A stretch of 64,000 nt of DNA from Rhodosorus marinus CCMP1338 (taxonomy: Eukaryota; Plantae; Rhodophyta). The notes beneath the pieces were generated by a model, which ran no database searches, had not been told where the DNA came from, and saw only the letters and a program-made list of their open reading frames with translations. The translations under genes were made by a program, and so were the position numbers. Positions within the stretch are counted from its first letter, which is position 1. Every line of letters starts with the position of its first letter. Below are positions 39,253-51,837 of the stretch, piece by piece. The stretch is taken from positions 1,860,001 to 1,924,000 of the forward strand of contig JAMWBK010000008.1 in assembly GCA_029953675.1 (NCBI GenBank), read 5' to 3'.

Positions 39253-42200
39253 CCTAATCCCCCAAAAGAACTCAAACCCGATTGTTCCGTTCTTAACACT
39301 CAACACCTTCCCATCGATCTTCTTAGCAGCCACCACGCATTCCCATATTCTACGCTGTACAAACAAACTCCCTCACTGAACGTCTATATTTAAGCCTGGA
39401 AAAAACCACAACCCTCCTACACCCTCAATCGTTCTCACCTACGGAGACCCAAACTCGCTCAACCCAAGAAAACTCCCTCAGCCCCCATTCCCCCTTCCCA
39501 CCCACCCACCCCTGCCCCGCCCTCCCTCCTTGAATTCCACAGATTCCTGATCTTAAACGAGTTCAATAAAGATTTAACTCATCCAACTCCTCCTCAGCTA
39601 TCGCTCATCTCCCCTCTCTCCTCTCTCAGCAATCCCCACTGCCCTCCTTTGCAAAACTCAATGAGAGCAATTGTTGTGAATCCAAACCAAAACCGGGTTT
39701 TTTCCTATCCTCTCACGGTAAATCAATAAAATGAATATTTTTCAACACGCCGATTACGTCGAAGGAACTGTGGAGAGTTTGGGCCAATGTTACACATTTT
39801 CTTTCTGTGGATAAAATTAACGCTCAGGATATTATTTCAATCTAAAAAGTGAACGGAACCATTTCTCATTGAAACAAGAAACTCAATTAAAAAGTTATTT
39901 CACTATAGACCTCTGCATTTAGATCATCTAAAAACTTCCTTTTATCACGTACCTCACATACTGAGGGCAAAAAAATCGGTCTAGCTCACGATCTAAAGTT
40001 TAAACATATTCTCGTGGGGTCGGAGGGTGCGGCTTTTAAGTCAATCGGCAATGGTTTTCTTCCCTTTTTTTTTTCTATGGTTTTGGTTATTTTCGAGCTC
40101 TTTTGGTGATCTGGAGATTATCCCTCCAGGGGTAGCAGAAGCCCTTTAAGGTTTTTTACCTTAAATTGAAAACTGCTCTTGAAACCCTGGCTTTAATTCT
40201 GTGATTCGAGGATATTCTTTTTAGAAATTCTGGGTTGGGGGAAGTCTATGGATTTATCTACTATTTATTGTTTTTCCGTTGTTGCTAAAACTAAATTGCT
40301 GGCTTACCCCTTTCGTTAACCAAGTGCTGGAAATGGAACGAGTTTGGAGGAAAGTAGTTTAAGGGGGGGTGTTTTTATGCTAAATACTGGATCCAACCCT
40401 TTTTTACGAATTAAAAGCCAATATATGAATATGTGAAATATAGATGTATAGGGGTAGGATTTTGTGAACCGCCTGTTTCTCGATTCCGGTGATGAGGTCT
40501 TATTGTCGAGAAGAGTTTCCGCAAAACTGGCTATATAGGATATCCTCGCGAAATTTATAGATAAAGTGGTTGCTGCTCTTCGTTAGTTGTAGATACTTTT
40601 CTAGCGTATGGACGGCTATTGGAGTTCGTTTCTTATGCGCGTAGCCTAATTAGCGGATAAGAAGTTGATAGGAGCCGACCTTCGGCGTATAAAAGGTTTG
40701 TACTGGATTAAGAATAATATAATTAGCTATAAATTAAATAAAATACTGTTTGAAAGCTGTTCGTGGCTATTTGTTTCATTTTCATTCTTTCGATGGCTTT
40801 AAGACCTTTCCTTTTTATTAGAAAAAACTAACAATGCATTTATGGAGTGGTGCAACGGTGAAGGGACGTCTCTTCCGCCGCTAATTTGTCCATTTTAATC
40901 CAATTAAATCATAGAAAATGATCTGTACACGAATCATTTCTCGTATTACTGTTGGCGTATATTCATTGGGTATCTTGAGTGAAGTGGCCTATCATCCAAC
41001 CACAACGAATCATACTTGTGGCCAGGGATTGGACTGTAAGCATGTCGTCTGTGCTCACCTCTGCTGATCGATAGCTTTCTGCACGCAAAGCGCAATTTTA
41101 TGTCTCTTCAAAGCGATCATAGTCTTCGTCCCCAATATGCAAACTGGCTACCAATGCGTAGTCAATAGGGTCAGCATGTTTATGCGACAAGCACCGGCTG
41201 TTCTTTTGGCGAAAGAACGACTCCTTCAGCAAAAGCATGAAATCAACCCGCTTGATCTAATCGGACCGGGGAGCTGATGACGGTCAGGAAGGAGCGGACG
41301 CTTTAACCAGTGCTTTCACTAGGCATTGTGTACGCGACATCTACACTGTCCTTGAAGCACCTCTATCACAATACTCAAGAAGAGGCCGAAAATACTCTTC
41401 CACGAAGGAGGAGAGCTCGTGTAAGAACGGAATCGCAGGAGCGCCGTCGTATGGAAGCTCGAAGGATGGAGGAACAGAGCCAGATTTGTATGCAACATGC
41501 CTGAGTACTTCCAAGGTGGTGGTACTCTCTGCTTCAGGCGGGTTGTTTGCCCCGTTTTATCTACCATCGAACGGAAAACCTTGCCATCCAAGCCACTGCG
41601 CTATTCTCACCCTATAAGCACAAGCAAGCTTTGAACACACCTTCATGAGCCACTTCAAACCATCTCTATCGTTTCACTTTTATGCTTTGGCATTCCTTTT
41701 AGTAGGGTTGTGCCAAGTGGGTGGGGCTCTTCGCTGTTTACGACCCGGAAGGGCTTAAACCCCCGAAAACAAGTGGGTCTAGAGGGGTAACAGCGAAAAA
41801 CCCGACCCACTTAACACAACCCTACTATTAGGAACCCTAATGCCCATTCAGAACAGACGAGTTGTGTCCCCCCGTAGATGTATTAGTTTTCGTTCTTTCG
41901 CCAAGAAAATGGTGGGCAGCAACGGACTAATCAATTCGACCGATGCAGATTTGCAGGTTTCTGCTGAAGAGCTGTAACAGACCCGTTGTGCGGTAAACTC
42001 CATCTGACGACAAGGATTTTTAATAAAGCGTACGTAAACGAAAGTGTCCTGCGAAATTTGGAGAGGGTCGGCCCTCTGCTCAGGTAAAGAAAAGGAAAGC
42101 CAAGCAGGCAGGATATTGCAGATCACGGATGTAAATGCAAGGGCTGCGAACGAAGCCAAGCAGTGGAGGATCAAACTTGGGAGGGCAACACGGCGTCGGC

Positions 42201-43069
42201 CGCTTCACAGAGCGGCAAAGGGGACCCCGTGGGACAGGTGTCGAAGACAACCCTATTTGTCTTGGATGGCATCGGAGTGGGAGTGGACAGGCCAACACGG
42301 GAGATGTTGAGGACGTTTTCAAGATCGTCGTTTATTCAAGGGCCTCGCGGTTCACGAGGTCAGGAGGGACATTCCATGGGCGGAGCGCTGGCTTGTTGTT
42401 TGATGATCTCTTCTAGGCGCTCCACACCTTCCCTCTTGAAAATGTCCTCAGAATCTGCCTCTGTTGCCCTGTCCAACCTCAACCCGATGCCATCCTAGAC
42501 GAATAGTGCCATCGAACACGCGTTAGGGTTGTTTTCGGCATCTTTCCGAAGGCGTCGCCTTTGCCGAACCTTCAGCTGCTCTGTGACGCGACTGATTGTT
42601 CTCACACCCCAGTTCTCAGTGCTTTAGATACAGTAGCTTCTGAGCTTTTCCGAAAGCATTTTGCTCAGTCTCTGGCGTTTTACCCTTTTTGCACTTTCTA
42701 CACTTTTCTTCACTTTTAGGACTCGTATTTTTCATGTGGTACCCCTCCAGGTGGACTCCAGGTGGGAGTGCCGCCCCCTGAACCATGACCATCATGAGCT
42801 CAGCATCGAGGCTATCTACCAGCGCCTTCGAACGCTTGACAATCCGACCGGTGGCTAGAAAGACTAGGTGGAACCTAAGTCTCGCCGATGTTGCTCGTAG
42901 AACGGAGGCTTGGCGTGGTTGAGTAGATTTACCCGACAGAGGGAATAGTCCTGAGCATCGCGTTTTTCTTTTTTGACCGGAGTAGTGTTTGGGCAGAGCT
43001 CGAGATGAGAACTGTAGATACATCGTTACTCTAGGTGAGAATTGTTCAGGCAAGTTTTTTGGGGTAGTG

Positions 43070-43569
43070 ATGTCGGTCGCTCGAGGTGTGTACTCCGCTC
43101 GGATTCGGGAGAAGGTGAGCGAAAAGTCCGGTGAAATTCGTTGAGGAGAACTGCAGCAGGGACTGCTTGAGACGAGACCTTTCCGAAGGAGAACGAAACT
43201 CTTTCTGACAAGCGTTGATTTGCTCGTTCTTCGAATGTAGTTGACACAAGCGTTGAACCCGAGTAGATTGGTCCTAATCGATGAATCACATAAGCATGCT
43301 GGGCACCGAGAGGATTCAGGACTTGGCGAGACGCACTTTAGGTGAGTACGGATAGGTGCAAGAATCCCAAAGTGCCTGTGGGCTTAAACAGACTTCGGCT
43401 CTCTCCAATTAGGCTCGAAATAGTATCCAGCAGCTTTGAAGGTGAGCGGCTTGTCGCTCGGCACAGGAAGGTTTACGACATTTTAAAAGACGAACTAGAT
43501 GAAAGGGTGCATGCGCTGTCACTGTCAACAAAGACTCCCGAGGAAGCTCCTGAGGAAGCGACAGAGTGA
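43070..43569 (+). CDS. BolA-family protein (BolA1-type); 2 introns
   Basis: Splice gives MSVARGVYSARIREK|LTQALNPSRLVLIDESHKHAGH..GETHF|RLEIVSSSFEGERLVARHRKVYDILKDELDERVHALSLSTKTPEE. Confidence 0.9.
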
Positions 43570-43889
43570 CTGTGCGGCGTGAGCCGCAATTCCTCGGAAT
43601 TCTTCGAGAAGCTTACTTGGTACAGTTCACGTGGTGGTTGTTTTTAATAGCGCGAGGCCGTCAAAGCCATTGCTTCCAGCTTGGGCCGGGGGCCGGGGGG
43701 GATCTACATCGAATGGTAGGCACGTAACGGAAACCCGTATGGCGTTTGCCGATGGTTGAACGCGCATATGTAATTCACATAGGTGAATAACAGGGCACGA
43801 GTTGGCTAGCTTGTGCTAAGATCATATAACACCATTACCGTAAGCCACGTCGGATCAATACAAAGTTTGGCGACATTAAAACTTACATT

Positions 43890-44337
43890 TCACTTGGAAC
43901 GGAAGGTGATTCTACCTTTTGTAAGATCATACGGAGAAATTTGAACGTGAACTTTGTCCCCAACCAGGATACGGATGAAGTTCTTCCTAATCTTTCCGGA
44001 AATGTGCGTCAACACTGTCTGGCCGTTTTCCAGTTCCACTCGAAACATGGCATTCGGGAGAGACTCAGTCACTACGCCTTCCATCTCAATGAGGTCACTG
44101 TCGCTCTTTGTCTTGGGGGTTCTCTTCTTTCCCATGACAATCGTGGCTTTGCTCGAAGCCTAGAAAACAACAAAACCCACAGAGAAACAAGTCGTATTTC
44201 GTCAGAAAAATTATACAAAAACCTTTCCATATTCTCACAAAGTGACCCAGCAGCCATCTCACCTTGGCTGTTCTCTGACAAACCCCTCCATTCTTCCCAC
44301 GAAGTCCAAGTCCAACTCCAAGACTAACAAACGCCAT
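43890..44337 (-). CDS. infA: Nuclear-encoded plastid translation initiation factor IF-1; 1 intron in the transit peptide
   Basis: [64 protein letters not shown]. Exon 1 [25 protein letters not shown]|gtgaga splices in frame to [12 protein letters not shown]. Confidence 0.95.
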
Positions 44338-46008
44338 GATTTTCTTTCTCAACTGAGTTCGTCAAGACCTTCAAACTCGTCTCTCCCCCCTCCACTACAC
44401 AAAAGCTACTCCTTCAACAAACTTCAACGTCAACTGTCCTCAACCACAATCAATCCTTCCTCCCTCCGTCGTCAACTGAACTTCTCTTATAGCAATGAGC
44501 TCCAAGCCACCAAAAAGTAGCATGGGGTGGTATCATTTCCTCTCTGAGGAGGACGGCTTCCCGGAAAAAATTACAACCAATGTAGCCTCGAACTCACAAT
44601 CTCCTCCAGTGCCTCTATGTTGGTAGAATTTTCTCCGCCCAAACGAGACTACAAGCAAAATTTTTCGGACTCCATTATAGTTACGATAATACCTGTTTTT
44701 AAAAAATCAAAATATTCTGAAAAAGGAGGAAAAGCTTTCTAGAATAGAACTACAGAAGATTGAAAAGTTTTATATTAAGCTTCTAGTTTCTTGATAAGGT
44801 ACATATTTCTATTTTATGACAATCATTATTTTCATACTGGGTACTATTATCATACTTTAAAGCTCGCGCTTAGTATTTAGATATTTTTAAACCTGGCTTT
44901 TTTATCATGACCGTATTAATTAATTTATAATATTATTCATTAGTTTCGCTATTGTAAAAGTGATACATTCTCTTCCTTGTATAAATATAATGTGTTTAAT
45001 ATTCATTTTGTATATATATTAAATACCAATAAAACGAACAGGTCATATAGGGTGACAAGTAAATGAGTTGAAGCTCGATTCTTCATTACACCGGCCGGTG
45101 TGGATGTAGGCGGCAAAGTCGCAAATTAAGGATCATACAGCAACAAGACTGTCAATAGTCCCGGTGCTACAAACCGGACGTGAAGGTTGAACGCTAGCTC
45201 TTTTACAGCTAGAGCTAGATGCTGCGCCTACGCTAAAAGGTTGCTCTACGAGCACAATACGTTACATTCAAAAGGACTCCGCCCTGTTCTTTTCTCGAGA
45301 AACCCATGACTGATGTATTGACTGTTACTGAGAGCGTATACTTTTTAATGTACGATTTAATGGTTTTATAACTGAAAGAAACAAACCATTTATTGTAATG
45401 CACCTGATGGAGCCTACCTTTTTTGACCGCCTGTTCTCGGCACAGTTCTGCACATCATGCACGGATAGAACCGTGTTGATGAGAACAGAGCTAAGTTCTC
45501 GCGTTTGTAGGATCTGCAGTGACTAGGGTTCGAGATCACTACGGACGCCATCTCGAGGTGGACTTGGCTGAATACGAACCCGACTCCGAAAGGACTCTCT
45601 CTAATGAACCCTGTACATCGTGTGTTGTGTTATGTTCACGTCGGTGCTGTCTTGTTTGTTGACGTGTCGTTTGATACATATCGACAGCATTTCGAACCCG
45701 ATCAAAAAAAGATCCGCAAAAACCCGTACCTAGGCGAGGCATTTCCCTTAGAATTCCGACATAGCAGGACGGCCGTGCGTGAATATGAGACAAACCCGCT
45801 ACCGCTCTTCAGTTCCAGGATCCCGAAAATGCCATAAGGCATAAAACCAGGAAGAAGGGTGTCCAGGTGTCCTCCTCAACATCAAATAGCCAGTTAGATA
45901 GCCAGATCAATCTTTCCATCTCAGAGAGTACCAAGCACTCCGCACACAACACGCGAGCCCGCATCGTTTGCCAATCGATCATCAAACGGGCAAACACATA
46001 CCTGTAAG

Positions 46009-46652
46009 TAAGGTTGTCATCCCCGTCCGATAAGAAAAAAAGTTCCGATTGCGCCTGATCAAAATATCAGACGGTCCGATAACAAACCTGTATTGAGTAA
46101 AAATAATGAATTTTTGTGTGGGATCTCGTCCTATATAAGTTTATCTGACCTTAATAGAAAAGAAAAAGTAAGCTTTGTCGAATAAAAGGTCCGACAACGA
46201 CCGATTGCGTCCAATATTTTTCAATGATTTTTCATCTTTTTTGAGGAAAGGTTATACCCCTTTCAGGTGGATCGCAAAGGGGATTTTGACTTGTTCAACC
46301 AGCGGGTGACAGCCTGTCTTTTCCAGAAATAATCATAATTCATTGCATGAGGGCAGCTTGACAAGCCGAGAAGTAATCATGATTCATGATATCCGAGTGA
46401 GACCCTGTCATGCCAAGAAGTAATCATCATTCAATACCGTGCCGGAGATGATTGATTATTAGACTAAAGTTGATTGAATATTAGACAATTTATCGGAGCC
46501 ATTTATCGGACAGTAGTCTGACCTGGTTTGTTCCGAGAATTTCAATCAGACATCCGGTAATTTTATACTGAGTTTAAATAGTTTATCCACTTCGAAAGTT
46601 TATCGGACGTTTATCGGACGTTTATCGGACGGTCCATGGACAGACAACACTA
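46009..46652. mobile_element. Non-autonomous TIR element (MITE-like, hAT-like ends), 644 bp
   Basis: Left end TAAGGTTGTC and right end (rc) TAGTGTTGTC, both followed inward by CCGTCCGATAA. CTGTAAG lies at both 46002-46008 and 46653-46659. TCCGAT(A) motifs cluster on the left and TTATCGGA (rc) motifs on the right. No ORF. Confidence 0.7.
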
Positions 46653-47101
46653 CTGTAAGCTTTCTGTAATTTTTCCTATTTCAATTCGATCAATTTTTCT
46701 TCTTAAAAATGAGAATTTCCTATTGCATAAATCGATTCTGCTGGTGTTTCAGTGGGAACAAAGCGTATTCTGAGATGAGATATCCTAGTTGATACGGAGG
46801 AGTGATTCACGAGGGCGCTGTCCTATATCTGCTGCTCTGCTTTCTTTCCGCAAAGAGGGTTGAAAGTGGTTATGAATTTGGAGGCGACTCTCTGTATCCT
46901 TCTTGTGTTGGCCACGCGTCTCGCATTGCTCTTTGTTGGTGATTCTGTCTGGTATTGACTGAGCTGAGGAGTATCTATATATAGAGCAGGTGGGGTGCTG
47001 TTGGGGTTGGGGAGGAGGAGGAGGAGCTGTTGAGATTGTCTGGTTCGCACGACTTTTTTTCTGTTGTTTTTATAGTTTAGACTCTTTTGTGTTTTGGTAG
47101 G

Positions 47102-49240
47102 ATGGCATCTGGATCTGCTGATGTGGTTCTAAGAACCCGGGAAGTGAGTTTGTATAACTCCGGTATGGGACATTTTGTGTTGGGAGCATCTGTTGAAGGG
47201 TCGGCGAGGTGCTATCTGTCTGTTCCTTCTGATAGTATTTCTGATGTCTTGAAGACTTTGACAGCGGAAGACGTGTCTGGTGATGGTGCGATAAGGAGTA
47301 TTGCCTACGAGTCGATGAAGGTTGATTCGAGCGGACCTGAGATTGATATTAAGCGATATGGCACGTTGGCGAATCTTCTATCGGATACTCAGGGCGCAGA
47401 GGTAACGATTAAATCTGGTACTGGGTCAGAGTCAGTTGAGGTGAAAGGGAAGATCATGGGAGTTCAGACTTTTCAGGGTGAAGCGGAGGACGGCGGAAAG
47501 GTGAAGGAGGAGGTGAACATAGTACTGATGAATGGCGAAGGATCCGTTCGTTTCTTCAATCTGACATCAATTAGCTCGATCAATTATGAGGAGAAAGAAC
47601 TACAGAAGCTGATCACGCGGTTTTTGGTGGACTCAAGTAACAATCTGAAGACCTTGAACCGGAGAATCACGATAACCACCCGGGGGGAGGGAACCAGGGA
47701 GGTTCTTGTTGGCTATGCGATCGAATGCCCCGTGTGGAAGGCGTCATATAGGGTAACATTCAGTTCTGATGAGGAAGATATGCAGATTCAGGGTTGGGCG
47801 ATCGTCGAAAATGTATCAGACAGTGATTGGGAGGACGTATCGCTACGGCTCATATCGGGAGTTCCGGTTTCGTTTCAGCATGATCTGTTCTCTGCTCGGT
47901 ACAAGAGGCGACCAATGATTGAAGCGTCCAAATCTGCTGGTTACAAAGTCCCTATTCTAGAGGAGGTGGAGGACAAGGCTAAGGAGGAAAGCTTGAGTGA
48001 TGAGGATGATGACATTGAGTGTTACGCAGATGAACAAGAGGGAGGCTTCGGTGGATCGGGTGCCGGAAGGAAGAAGAAGAAGGGTGGCATGTTTGGTAGC
48101 GCCCCGGTGATGCGTCGTGCCGGCGCGCCTAATCCCGCTCCTTTCGTGGGAGCACGGGCAGCTTTCGCATCCGAGGCATCCGATGTGCGAGACCAAAGGT
48201 TCACTGCTGGAAGGACGAGAAATGGTGGGGCGGACGTTCGAACACAGATGGCCGACATTGGACAACTGTTCGAATATGAAGTGAAGGAGAAGGTCTCGCT
48301 GCAGAAAAATCAGTCGGCTCTGGTGCCGATCCTGTTCAGCGAGCTCGCTGGTGAGAAGGTGTCCTTGTATAACAAGGCGAATCATGGGCTGCACTCCTTT
48401 CGGGCGATCCGAATGGAGAACTCGACTGAGTGTGTACTGGAGTCGGGACCGGTCAGTCTGTTTGAAAACAACCATTATGCTGGAGAGGCGATGATAAGCT
48501 CCATAACGCCGAAGAAGGAGGTGCTAATGTTGCCGTTCTCAATGGACCTGCGGCTATTGATCTCTGAGAAGAGGCAGAACCGGGTGGCGGATATCACAAA
48601 GGTGCAGTTGAGCCAAGCGGCAGTATTGATCCATCGAAAGCGAGTGGAGACCACAGAGTATTCTATTCGTAACCGTGGAGATGAGAAGGTGATCTTGTAC
48701 GTCGAGCATGGGCACAAGGAGAAGCAGGGGTACAGCCAGGGAGATATTGTGGGCGGAAAACTTTCTGAGAAGACTGGGAGCTACTATCGAATCCGGGCGG
48801 AGATCGAGTCAAGCGAGAAGAACTCGACTGTGAAAGTAGAGGAGGAGAGAGAGGTCGTAGAACGCGTTGGGTTCGGTGCAGAGATCCTTCAGCAAGCGAA
48901 CAAGTGGTGTTCGCGGATGCTAATCACGGACGACCTTCGGAACAAGATCAATAAGCTCTACGAACTGTGGATAAGACGCGATGTGCTTGTGCAGCAACAA
49001 CGCAATCTGGAAAAGGTCGTGACTGAAAACCGAAAGGATGTTGAGTCGGAGCGTGAGACCCTGAGCAAGTTGGAAGGCACAGCCGCGGCTGCCAGCCTGC
49101 AAGCTGAGGTGGTAACCAGACTGAGAGGAGCGATGGAAGCACTAGACGCCACCAGAAAGAAACAGAAGGAGATAGCAAGTATGCTAGAAAAGAACGACGT
49201 CGAGAGGGGAAGGATTGTGTCTTCGGAAAGCGCGAGCTAA
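47102..49240 (+). CDS. Intronless DUF4139/DUF4140-like protein, bacterial-type architecture, with C-terminal coiled coil
   Basis: 712-codon uninterrupted ORF: VSLYNSGMGHF..ISDVLKTLT, YAIECPVWKASYRV..IQGWAIVENVSDSDWEDVSLRLISGVPVSF, LFEYEVKEKVSLQKNQSALVPI, ENSTECVLESGPVSLF..YAGEA. Confidence 0.8.
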   Translation: MASGSADVVLRTREVSLYNSGMGHFVLGASVEGSARCYLSVPSDSISDVLKTLTAEDVSGDGAIRSIAYESMKVDSSGPEIDIKRYGTLANLLSDTQGAEVTIKSGTGSESVEVKGKIMGVQTFQGEAEDGGKVKEEVNIVLMNGEGSVRFFNLTSISSINYEEKELQKLITRFLVDSSNNLKTLNRRITITTRGEGTREVLVGYAIECPVWKASYRVTFSSDEEDMQIQGWAIVENVSDSDWEDVSLRLISGVPVSFQHDLFSARYKRRPMIEASKSAGYKVPILEEVEDKAKEESLSDEDDDIECYADEQEGGFGGSGAGRKKKKGGMFGSAPVMRRAGAPNPAPFVGARAAFASEASDVRDQRFTAGRTRNGGADVRTQMADIGQLFEYEVKEKVSLQKNQSALVPILFSELAGEKVSLYNKANHGLHSFRAIRMENSTECVLESGPVSLFENNHYAGEAMISSITPKKEVLMLPFSMDLRLLISEKRQNRVADITKVQLSQAAVLIHRKRVETTEYSIRNRGDEKVILYVEHGHKEKQGYSQGDIVGGKLSEKTGSYYRIRAEIESSEKNSTVKVEEEREVVERVGFGAEILQQANKWCSRMLITDDLRNKINKLYELWIRRDVLVQQQRNLEKVVTENRKDVESERETLSKLEGTAAAASLQAEVVTRLRGAMEALDATRKKQKEIASMLEKNDVERGRIVSSESAS

Positions 49241-51829
49241 ACTGGCAAGGAATGATCCAATAGGCGCCAACGTTTCAACCGCCTCCCCGATACTGAGCGA
49301 GAAGTGCAATAGGGAAGGTCGGGCCTTTGGTTTTTCTCATGATGGCCTAAACGCTGCTCGTCAATCTTACTCCGCCAAAGTATTGTATCCAGCTCTAACA
49401 AGCAGATTGCTCGTTTGCTGTCTTACGCGAGAAGTGTCCCCTATGGCCGATGGAGAAAGCGGATCTGTTTCAGACGCCAGCAACTCAAAACCCGTTTGTA
49501 GCGATCGTTTCACGGTGAGGTGGGGAAATTTCCAAGTGTCCTCGCTCAAGGCCAGACGCGTACTCGTGCGGAGTCCTTAGTACAATGTAGTACACAGAGT
49601 TTATTATCGTTTCAATGTACCGTAACCTTTACTAGGCAGCTGCCCACTCCAGCGCAACAGTAGTTCTATCACTATCTGAGCGGAAAGGTCAGGGTAACCC
49701 CGCGACCGGGGTCTCATGCTACGTTCAAACAAAAAAAGCAGGGACCAGTGGAATGTCCAACTGGTTCACAGGCAAAGCTCCTCCTATCGAAATCTCAGCG
49801 TTCCAAAGGGTTCTGTTCAACTGAACTCGCACCTCGCTCAGCTCGTTCGTTGGTGGAGTAGATGTTTGCAGTGCGGGTGACCAAGCCTTGGTATGGTGTG
49901 TCGAGACTCTCGAGAGAGACACGCAACACCGCCCGAACACCGGAATAGAAAACTAAAGGGGACAAGATGCTACCACTGCGTGATCTAAGTATTCGTGAAA
50001 GCAAAGTATCGGATGGGTTGTCTCCGCAGGTAAATGGCAGCCAACAATGACGGTGACCTGCACAAACAAGATGAAAGTTACCCAGATAACCAGCCGTATT
50101 CGGGTAGGAAGACTCGTCGTCTTCAGCAATAATACCGGCAAGGGTCCACAATGGTGCAACTTCAGCAACACGGACGCTGTTCTCATCAACCATCTCGACG
50201 TTGTCAAAACTCGCCGCAACTAGAGAGCCTGGAATGCTAACGTAACGCCAGGTCGCCAGCTTTCTGGTAGACCACACACGAACGAGATGGTTGGCTGACT
50301 GCTTACTTCACTTTGAGACCCCTCTGTTTCCAGCTTAGGACTTGTTTGCTTTCGGGTTGTGAGGAATGCCGCTGGAAGAGTAATCGAAGCTCAGGCTTTT
50401 CAGGGTTTCCTTTTTAGTGCGCCATACACTTCTGCAGGCTTGCGCCACGTCCTCGGAACGCTATTTCGCCTGGAAAATCTAGGCCGTCCTCACCTGCCAC
50501 CTGCCCCACAACCGTTTTAGCACTTGTTCCAACAAACCCGCAACAGATCTTTCCCCCCCACAGGCTGGTCGTACCAACTGCTAAGACAGTCAAAATCATA
50601 TCCAGGAAACTTATTTACAAAATACAAGAGAAAAATGCTGGTATAACGGAGGATCGCCCAATGCCTATATATATTTTCACAAATCAACTCTTCGAAAAAC
50701 ATTTTTCTCATAAAAACACAACTCTCCGTGCGTGGGACGCGTGGCGTTTTATTATTCCATAATCTAGTATTTTCATCAAATTATTTCACGTTTCAATATG
50801 AGAGCGTTGCCTGAAAAAGTAGAAAAGTAGTTTAAAAAATGTTGTTCTCTGGGTGCACCGCATTTTCAATTCTTTCGAATTGTTTTTCCATTTCCAGAAC
50901 TTGTCCTTTCCAACGTTCATCCAAAGCATAAATTGTTTTATTGATATAATTAACTAGCATGTCTTTTTCGGTCTATTTTATTCTCGTAAACGATTTACAG
51001 CGGTTCGTCTTTCATCAGCGTCTGACGTGAAACTCCTTTCTTAGAAGATACAAAAAAACAAAACAAATTACTCCGTTCGTTCACCGTACGAAAATATTTC
51101 ATAAAACAAATCTGTAAAGTAGCACATCCAGACAATATAAAAATTTATTAATACATGCAGTCATTGAGCAACCACTGAAGATCTGCTGCCAAAAAAATCA
51201 CAATTCATTTGACTCCACCAAAATATTTAAATATTTTACAAAACAAAATCCCAATGTGGCACATCCAGGACAAAAACATTGAAGAATATATTATAAATTC
51301 AATATTTGATCAACTACGAAATATCTCCCAAAGCTGTGCTTAACATGCAAAGCGGATCACATTGTACCTTGTACTGTCAAAGAATAAGTTTATTCGTCAT
51401 ACTTTATTTATTTCAATTAATATCTTAAAAACGAATAAATTCGTGATTAAGTATGTGACTCTTAAAAATGATATGGTCTTGTTAGTACTACCGTGCATCA
51501 GCATCAGCTTTGATCCGTTAAGCAAAAATTGTTGGATTGGCTTTGGGATTACTGGCTGGGCAAACGGGGAAGGCCTGTGTTGATGGGTATGGTTTCATAA
51601 CCATTTATCGTTCTGTTGTTGTGGGTAGGATTGGGTTGTGGATCACTGGCTGAGCAAAAAGGGAAGGTATGCGTTGATGGGGATGGTTTCATGAACTGTT
51701 TCTTGCTCTGTTTTTTCAAAGGGAAATCAGAACTTTGGTGAAGTCCGCACTTCTGATGATGAAGAAATGCGCAAGCGCGGCGGTCCTTTGAAGTTTTTCT
51801 ACTGGAGGTCAGCGTGGTAGTTGGAGGAG

Positions 51830-51837
51830 TATAAATA
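51830..51837 (+). promoter_or_regulatory. Putative TATA box of ABCG copy 1 (GAGTATAAAT context also at 55808-55817 before copy 2)
   Basis: The same 10-mer precedes both paralogues at similar distance. Confidence 0.55.

Noticed and set aside
42163-42498. GHSMGGALA, a lipase-like GxSxG motif
   Set aside because: Lacks the preceding hydrophobic strand and I could not assemble a coherent alpha/beta-hydrolase exon chain.
46325-46433. CRISPR array call for the 18-bp spaced repeats
   Set aside because: Only three short repeats, no cas genes, eukaryotic context, and located inside a TIR element.
49725-50711. Minus-strand ORF fragments (GEIAFRGRG; a TM-like stretch)
   Set aside because: Probably part of a gene, but no consistent model or family could be derived.
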